44,468 bases of DNA from Psammoneis japonica. Lineage: Eukaryota. Where the stretch lies: the NCBI GenBank assembly GCA_008632985.1, contig QPGO01000354.1:1-44468 (forward strand), in the 5' to 3' direction. Shown here piece by piece: positions 36,260 through 44,468 of this stretch; within the stretch, counting starts at the first letter, position 1, and each line of letters opens with the position of its first letter. The notes below the pieces were generated by a model that saw only the letters and a program-made list of their open reading frames with translations, was not told the origin of the DNA and made no database searches. The translations under genes were made by a program, and so were the position numbers.

Positions 36260-38170
36260 GCACCACTGACAAAACCCCAAACGCACAGACGGATAGAACT
36301 TCTTTGTGCAGTGGCTGTCCAGACAGACCCCCCGACCCTGGTTGGGGAAGCAACGTTGGTGTCATCATCTGTCTGCAAGGTGTTGGTTTGCGTTGACTGT
36401 CACATTGTGGTGTCTTTGTTTGCGAAAGTGTGCTCAATGACTAGGAGACTCTCTTCAAACGACAAGCATGTTTTGCAACAAAATGGCAAATCGGGGCATG
36501 AAAGAACATGCACAAGTCAAATCTGCTGAGAAGAGTGTTTGAGAGTGTTGCCATCATGATTCATCATTGAAAGTTCTTCATAAACACAACAGATCCAGGC
36601 TGTATTCTTGCACATCTTGGAAGAACCCTTGGGCACATTTGTGTGGCGCACAAAGAACATGACCCTTCCACCCCTTGGGTGTGGACACCTTGGGGGACAT
36701 CTTTGAAAGTGAGACTGTTGAAGAAAGTTGTGTAGAATTTGCACTTAAACAGTCTGTCAATCAGTGCGATTGGGGCATTTGGGAATGCTGGACAGATCCT
36801 AACACGTGTTTTCTTGTGCGCACAAGTTGCACTGGGAAAAAACCCCAAATGCACTAGCAATCAGACCGCCTTCGACGATCTCACTTCCAAAGATGCCCCC
36901 AACCTTGTTGGATCTCCTTGGTGGTGCACCTGAGAACAACTGGAAACAACCTGCTGGTGATGATCTGGACAACAGCGGGAGCTGAGAAAGAAGAGCAGAA
37001 CATTGTCAGTTGTGATTGCCGAGGTTGTTCTGCATCTCATCTTGCTTGTACCTCAACACAAAAAGTCACTTGACAGTGTGTTTTTTGTTGAATGCTATTT
37101 GACGACACTTCCAAATTTCCTTCAAGCATCGCTGATGATTGATGACCCCCAGTCACAGCACAATTTATTTGATTGTTCTTGTTGATCAACCAGTTCTTGT
37201 CAGTTGGAAAGCACTGTCACAAGGCTTCACAGAAGGGGCAGGCTCACCACCAGAGCTTTTGGAAGATGAAGGCCCTGTCATGGCCTCAAGGACACAGTGA
37301 CAAATGACCTGTTTGTCCCACTGTGGCCCAGATTTTTCTGGGCTCCTGCAGGCTTTGGACATGTTGTTTTGTGTGTGGCATCCAGAGAATCAAGCTGTTC
37401 TGCTGCTGTCTGATCCCATCCAATGTCTGCATTTTTTGCATGATTTCCAATGGTTGTGAAGCACACCTCTGTCAAACATCACAATGACAAGCAAATTGGT
37501 TGGTGTGTTTGATGCAGGATGTGCCATGGATCATGTTTAAGCTGCTGGGACTGCAGAGATGTGAATCTTGCAAGTGCAGTGCTTGCCAATGTTGGGGTGA
37601 GTTGCAGGGCACAGGGCAATCTTTTGGCACATCTTTCAGTTAAATTGTTTGCAAGTAAAACTGCAGAAGAACAGGCCTGGGAATGAAAGGAGACCCCTTG
37701 ACACTCAGCACAGGTCCACTTGGAGTGGCCTTGGCGCTGGACATAAAGTGAACATGGATGGAATGCCAGCCAAGGGCCAACAATCAGGAGGCAATTGATG
37801 CATGAAAGCCTTTTGGGATTTCTGCCATGTTGCATGTTTTGTCATTCGAGCATGAGAGATTGGAAAGCATTCCTGCAGTGATGATCAGTTAGGTGCAAAC
37901 TGTGACAGAGTGTTGTGTCTCTTTGGCATGAGCAACAGTGCATGTAAATGTGCATGCATCGATTGGCCATCAATGTGTGCACAATGGACCATGATGACAG
38001 CATGTGCAGGGTCACATGATGGCATGCAAATGGGATCGGAGAAACTTTGATGTGATTAAAATTTAACCCAATGCAAAATGCAAATTAACAGGATGATTCA
38101 CAAGATTCCCCATGACATGATTTTTTCTAGACAACAAACTGGTGCCACAATCTCCACAACACACATGACT
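36260..38170. other. heavily decayed, unclassified repeat-derived DNA
   Basis: Very few TA or CG dinucleotides, abundant TGCA/CATG, no credible ORF. Confidence 0.45.
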
Positions 38171-38224
38171 TTTAACACCCCACCATCAGCAATTTTGGGT
38201 GATCTTCTGAATGCCATTTTGCAT

Positions 38225-38838
38225 GTGTGCATCATGCACACCCGGAGAGGGGCCAAAGGTGCTGGCCCACCCTGCATTGCCATGGACCCCTGCATTGATG
38301 ACAAGTGGGGCACTCTGCCTCATGTTGTCCTTGCCAGAGGAATGGCACAATGCTGTTTCTGACCTGCAGGATGACACCACCACACTAATCTCTTTGACCA
38401 GTGCAGCAACTTTCACCACCATCACATTGTGAAAAATGTCATGCTTTCAGACACCCTCCTTGATGATCATCTGCTTTGAACATCTGAGTTGTTTGTGAGC
38501 ATCACAAGGATGACATTGCACCCAAGGATCCCAACTTTGAGTCCCTCCACCCCTTGCTTCAGCTTCATCCTGATGGACACTGTGCACCACACCTTCTGTT
38601 GCACCATACAGCATGCTGGTGTGCCTGCTGGTGCACACTTGAAAGAAACACGCAAATCTTCTAACCTGGCCATGAACATGCATCACCACAATGAACCCAT
38701 TGCCACTGACACTGTCCACTTGGACACTCCCACTCTGTCGATTCTGGTTGCTTCAGTGCTCAACTCTTTGTTGGCATGGAATCTCCCATCATGGATGTGT
38801 TTGGCACCAAGACTGACAAGGAGTTTGTCAATGCACTG
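38225..38838 (+). mobile_element. Copia family 1 fragment (copy C; protease-to-integrase region)
   Basis: Aligns by eye to ~27500-28270, e.g. CCCAAGGATCCC..TTTGAGTCCCTCC and GGCACCAA.ACTGACAA.GA.TTTGTCAA. Confidence 0.85.
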
Positions 38839-38869
38839 GGGAAGCTTGGGCTCAGTGGATTGAGTGGGT

Positions 38870-39390
38870 GTGCCAGAAGATTAAGAACAATGGTCCAAGA
38901 AGATTGTGGCATTAAATGTGAGCCCATAACCACACCAAATCCACAAGCAAACCCCATAATTGAGCGTGTGCATCAAGTGCTGGGCAACACAATACGTACA
39001 TTTGATTTACAAAATGCACCCCTGGATGCTCAGAATCCATTTGAGGGAATGGTGTCAGCAGTGGCCATTACAGTACGTTTGACTTACCATGCTACTGTGC
39101 AAGCTACACCGGGACAATTAGTCTTCAACAGAGACATGATTTTAACATCCAACACTACGTCACTGACTGGAAGTTTATCCAGAAACGTAAAGACACAACA
39201 AACAAAAACAATGCCAGTGTAGAGAGAATGCATGGCGCACTCCATACACACACAGAGTGGGAGAGAAGATCCTGCTCTACATAGAGAAAAACTCTCAAAA
39301 ATGTGTCAAACGTGATGATGTCATTGACACTGTGAACATCCATTGAATAATTCCATTTAACAAATGACTCTAATGTGCACTTGGGGGTAA
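38870..39390 (+). pseudogene. Ty3/Gypsy integrase C-terminal fragment
   Basis: GIKCEPITTPNPQANPIIERVHQVLGNTIRT...TYHATVQATPGQLVFNRDM. Confidence 0.85.
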
Positions 39391-39690
39391 GACAATCGTG
39401 GATGCGTACAACGGTCAGGTCAATCACACAGAATTGATGGGAAGTCTAAAGATGCAAATATGATCAACAGATGATGGTGACACAACATAAGATGTCAACA
39501 TTGATCATATCTGGACAATCTGCTGTCACGATTAGATTCTCTGAAAGGAAGGCCTTTGCTCTGTAGGAGCAGCACCACAGCTTCAGGCCATTGAGAACTC
39601 CTTCAGAGAATCCCAAAATTGTAGTGTAAAATCTAATCTCATAATTTCCACTTTTCATGATTTGTTCTACTTTCATTTACCCTCGTTCTA
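39391..39690 (-). repeat. dispersed non-coding repeat, copy 2 of 3 (inverted, partial)
   Basis: Reverse complement of ~15620-15910. Confidence 0.8.
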
Positions 39691-39699
39691 TTTTGAATG

Positions 39700-42560
39700 A
39701 GCCTTGGACCCCATCTGATGGGCTGGCTGTGACCTCATTGGTGCATGACGGCACCTGATGTAAAATTTGGAGCACTACACCAAGCTTCTGAACAAGCATC
39801 ATTTGTCACTGTTAAAGAGCAGCACAGTGTTAGAAGCACAAAACAAAAGGCAAACCATTGCTTTTCACATCAAATTTGGGGATGTCTTTGACAAAATCAA
39901 ACTGTTCCACCACCACATCCGGCTTCACCCACATGGCACTCCGGTGATGCACTAAGAAGTGACTGACCTTGAGTCCACCACATGTGTCAACCGCAACTGT
40001 CATGTTGGCCTCGCCCTTTTTTCAGATCAGAAAATTGACATGAGGCATGACATGGCTGACACTTGGCTCAACATCGGTGACCCGCACAGATGGTCTTTTG
40101 AGTGCTTGATGCACTGATGGAGTTAGAAAGCACAAGAAGCAAATGGGAGGTTCACTGTTGTCCTTCTTCAGCACATCAGTGATTGAAGGCAGCTCAGCAG
40201 TTGTTTTCTGCCACTTTGAATTGCCAAGAAGAGCCTGAAAGCATGCCTTGTGCACAGTGGCAGCAGCCGATGGTGTGGACATCATAGATGCCAAATCAGC
40301 CATGTGGCTCAAATTGAAAGCCTTGAGCTTCCCATGGCTGATTTGCTTAACCCTGAGGCAGTGAAGCATGGGCTGGAACCATTGGGGGTGGTGGGACTGC
40401 AGGCAAAGCAGCTGCAGAAGCAGGGGGCAATGCATGAGGGACTGGAGCTTGATGTGGGTTAGACCACATCTTCTGTGGACCACCACCTGCCAGTGGCAAG
40501 AACCTCTAGCATGATTCCATGAAGGTCGTGCGGCCTTTCTTTGCCAAAGCCTGCACTTGAGGGTCCAAATGGTAAGAAGGACACTGACTCCAATTGTGCT
40601 TGAACTGGTGGTCATGATCACGGGGGTGTCCACTGCATCCCCAACACTCTGTGTGTGGGCAGAGCAAACCGGCAGCATTCTGTGGGGACTCTTCAGCCAT
40701 GTTTGCAAAGGCTCTGCTTGGCCCAATTCAGGCACAGACATGACAAAAGTGCTAACTTCTTGCTGCGCGACAGCTTCCCACACATCCTGCTGCCAACTGT
40801 CTTGTTGGACTTGAACCAGGCCTTCCCCGAATTCTGCCAGTGCCATGCCATCTGGCAGAAGGGCCTCAAACACATTGGTGGGGGCACGTGATGGAGCCTG
40901 AGTTACATGACAAGCTTGGTGCTGAATTTGCTTGAGTTGACATTTGAAAGAGGCAGCTGCACTATGCTTGAAGAACGAGTACAAACAAAAGTAGAATAAA
41001 GCATGAAAAGTGGAGATTATGAGATTAGATTTTACTCAATCATTTTGGGTTTCTCTGAACGAGTTCTCAATGGCCTGAAGCTTCTGTGTTGCTTCTACAG
41101 ACAAAAGGCCTTTTGGAGAATATAATCATGACAACAGATTGTCTGGATACGATTGCCATTGACACGCAAGGTGTCAACATCATCAATCGATCGTATTTGT
41201 AATTTTTGAACTAAGTACAGAGTTAAATTCCGATCAACTCTGTGTGGGCGTTCTGTCCTTTGTATGCATCCACGACTGTGGTACGGTACGATTGACACAC
41301 ACATAATATATAATTATGATTATGCATGTAACAGTCGCATGCTGCACAGCCGCTGTGCAAGCGGCATGCAGTCTTGTGTCAGCTTGAGTGTTTGTCTCGT
41401 TTGCAGGTGCCGGGGGCACATGATGTGGCAGTTCTTGCAAAACAGCTTGGTGGCAAATGTCAGGATGCCATTTGGTGAGATTGCACAAGCTTGCGAGGTC
41501 GGTGAAGCAACTTGACACAATGCCGTTCCACTGACAACTCCACATGTCCTCTGGTGGAAGGATTGAACTGAGCTTGTTTTAAATTTTGGATGGAGGTCAT
41601 AGTGTAAAACGAGTCACGAACAGAATTGCCAAGGAATTCTGAGTGCAACAAAAACCTTGTGAGACAAAAACAACACCAATGGAAGCAGCACACAAAATTG
41701 TGCTGAAAGATATCCAAACTGACAAGGAGGGTGCTGTTGGGGCATCTCAACTGACCAACAGTGGGGAATGTGTCTCTGATGTGTGCCTGCAACATTCACA
41801 GGAACAGCACTGGATCAAGCAAAACATTGGCAGCAAACACTGCAGGAAGAACTTTGTGACAGTTGTCAACGTGGGCTGGGTCATCAATCGCAACCTGCGG
41901 AATCGCAACTGCCATGTTGAGTTTTTGTTGGATTGGGAACATGACCTTGTTCAACACATCTGCATCCAGGTTGAGCACCGCTGTGCATGTGTTGACAGTC
42001 AACTTAAAGGTGCAGTGCCATGATGTGTGACAAATGTTTGCGACCATGTTCGCTGCACTGGCCGGAGGCATGGTGAGGTGTTCTCCAAGATCGTTGCAAA
42101 TTGCTGGATCAGAGTGCACGAATGTACCCACCAGCACTTCCGTGGTGATGACAGGCTTCTCAACACCAGCCACATTGTCACAAAGATGCTCTAATGCCCC
42201 ATTCACTTCTTGTGGAAGATGTGCACAATCCAACCAACTTACAACATCTCCAATTTTGTCTAAGAGGAAGCAACCACATTGCTCAAGATGCCAGAAAGCG
42301 TGTGCTGAAAATGCTGCTCACGGTCCTGAACACTTAAGGAGGGAAGCCCACCCAGCTTCACTGGAAGTTGAAAAGCACAGTTATTCCATGAAGCCTGCAT
42401 TAAGTTCAACACTTCATCAGGCGGACAATCCACATGTCCACCTCCGTGGACAGAATGACTGCAACCAGCACTCATTGCAACAGATGGGAGATTCAACAGC
42501 TGCCACTGGGAGGGATTCTATGCAACATGGGCATGCTGTCAATGTGGATGGTTGCTGAGA
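39700..42560 (-). pseudogene. decayed LTR-retrotransposon (probably Gypsy) gag-protease fragment, interrupted at 40901-41333
   Basis: Zn-knuckle-like CWGCSGH...HNWSQCP...DPQVQALA (40506..40700) followed by protease-like MPHVNFLI...VAVDTCGGL near 39980. Confidence 0.55.
40901..41333 (+). repeat. dispersed non-coding repeat, copy 3 of 3 (solo-LTR-like)
   Basis: Ends (A)GTTACATG...CATGTAACA are inverted copies; core shared with 15543-15971. Confidence 0.75.
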
Positions 42561-42699
42561 TGTGAGTGGATAGAGAGCTGCATGAGGTGACACTGTGTCA
42601 AGGTGTCAAGGAATGGTGTCAGCCTCATGGTCCCACTGTGTCACTTCCGTCTTGCTCTGGCCTGTCAACAGACAGACCATGGTGTGCTGTCATTACAAA

Positions 42700-44468
42700 G
42701 CTCTGTTCTGTTTCAATGAGTTGGAGGACATTCACTCCAAGTTGGGAATGATTTATAAGAAGTGTCACTCAGATGAACTTCAATTGAAAACCGACATCTG
42801 TGAGAAAGTGCTGGATGAAGGTAAATGGAGTTCATTCAAGTCCAAGCATTGCAAGGACGGCATGATGGGAAACACATGGTCCACCAGGAGGATCTACCAA
42901 GACTGCAAATTGATCTTCTGCAGCAGACAAGACCCTGACCATGAAGGTGCAGGGTGGCAAGTTCTTCCCTGGTGACTGTGGGAAGTGCAGCCAAAAAGGT
43001 CACAAAGCTGAGTTTTGTCCCATCAAGAAAAACACTGAGTCGAAGAAATTTGAAGGTGAGTGTCACAATTGCGGCAAGTGTGGACATGGGGCGAGTGACT
43101 GCTGGAAAAAGAAGAAGAAGAAGAAGAAGAAGGACAAGAAAGAGGAAGACAAGAAGGAGACAAACGAGGTCACACTTGCAGTGTTTGACTCAGTTGACTT
43201 GGTTGAGGAGGGCAAGGACCCTGTTCCTGATTCTTTCTTCAACACCTTCAGTGCTGAGCCTGCAGTTCATGATGATGAACTTGAGAAGGAACTTCAGAAG
43301 TGGAATGCAGAGGATGAATCCCCTCAAGGACTCAAAGGTCACATCACATGGATGCTGTTGTGGTGTGAGCAGAACGAGCTGGACAATGAAGATGATGATG
43401 ACAAAGATGCCGTGAGTGTGCCACCGGCCACCGCTAGAAGGTCCTTTTATTTTCAACAAGGATGAAGATGAAAGTGTCCCACCCTTGGAAGTTTGATGTG
43501 ATTCTGATGGCAACTCAGATGGCATTGAATCGATTGAATTCAAAAGGGCATTTGCTTGCACTGCAAGAAGCCTGGACATGAGTTCTGCAGTCCTTTCTAA
43601 GAGTTTGAGGATGACAACCTGGATGGAGAGGACAAGGAGGAAAGTGTCCTGCCCTTGGAACTTGGATGTGATTCAGACAGCCACTCGGATGGTGTTGAAT
43701 CAATCAAATTCAAGGACAAGTGTGTGCACTGCAAGTTGCTCAGACACACATTCTGCAATCCTTTTGAAGAGCATGACAGTGGAGCACTAGACACTGAGAA
43801 CAATGAGGACAGTCTCCTGCATCTGAACTCTGAACCACTGTCATGACTCAGATTCTTTGTCTGACTCTGAGTTTGAGTGTGATGCAGATGACAAAGATGA
43901 CATGACATTGACATCCAGTGCCCAACATGAGCCAGAATGTGGTGGTGTTCAGCTGCTGCTGGACTCTGGGTTGACAGCACACATCAAGAGGTCTCCTCAA
44001 GGGAAGAGGAACCTCAAAGAGGTCAACCAGGTCATGAAGGATGCTCACAATGACTGTTCAGTGGCAAAGCTCCAGGGAGATTTTTCATTCATGCATTGGG
44101 AAGGGGGCAGCACAGTGGTCATCACTGAGATGTGCATCCAGCCAAATTTCTCCCACAATGTTGTGAGTTTGACAAAGTTGTTTGAGAAGAATTTTCATCT
44201 TGAGCCCCAAAACTAACTCCAAATGAGCCATTGTTCTCCAGTGCCCTGATGGCACTGAATTCATTTTTGAAAAATCTTTAAAAGATGGGCTGCTTTTACA
44301 AGGAAGTGTAGTCACTGATGGATGCTTCCGAAATGACTGCAAATGTGTCTGATGGACAGAAAGTTGGGCAAAAAGGGTTGGACAAGGAAGTCCATGTCAA
44401 CCATGCACACAGTTTGTTGAATCACATGGGTGAATGCATGATGAAAATGGCAGTGGCTAATTTTGGAT
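42700..44468 (+). pseudogene. decayed Ty1/Copia gag-protease-pre-integrase (third family), running off the right edge
   Basis: Two CX2CX4HX4C knuckles (CGKCSQKGHKAEFC, CHNCGKCGHGASDC), protease LLDSGLTAHI, NVVSLTKL, pre-integrase HAHSLLNHMGE. Left boundary approximate. Confidence 0.8.
43109..43132 (+). repeat. (AAG)8 tract encoding poly-Lys in gag
   Basis: Read directly. Confidence 0.9.

Noticed and set aside
36260..44468. Numerous Cys/His-rich 60-320 aa ORFs as novel metal-binding proteins
   Set aside because: Loss of TA removes TAA/TAG stops and turns Tyr/Arg codons into Cys/His, creating spurious ORFs.

Overview
Eukaryotic, transposon-dense window, most likely from a diatom (inferred from diatom-type Copia/CoDi, Ambal-like LINE, CRE and Gypsy motifs). 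The only host gene I can support is an intron-containing ataxin-2/Pbp1 homologue (minus, ~32025-34591). Left to right: the 5' half of a tyrosine-recombinase (DIRS-like) retrotransposon running off the left edge, with three tandem ~160-180 bp structured repeats at its 5' side; an internally deleted Copia (family 1, copy A); a full-length but decayed Copia of a second family (minus, 8843-15538); a second family-1 Copia (copy B) whose 5' LTR/leader carries a full-length APE-RT-RNase H LINE with an 18-bp TSD; the host gene; a MITE; a 5'-truncated CRE LINE; then ~8 kb of heavily decayed Copia and Gypsy fragments. Two signals stand out. (1) Repeats show a directional TpA->TpG/CpA hypermutation on top of CpG decay, opposite to fungal RIP, that spares the gene island. 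(2) The array at ~3930-4410 has covarying multi-hairpin units. Family names and organism come from motif recognition by eye, not database searches.
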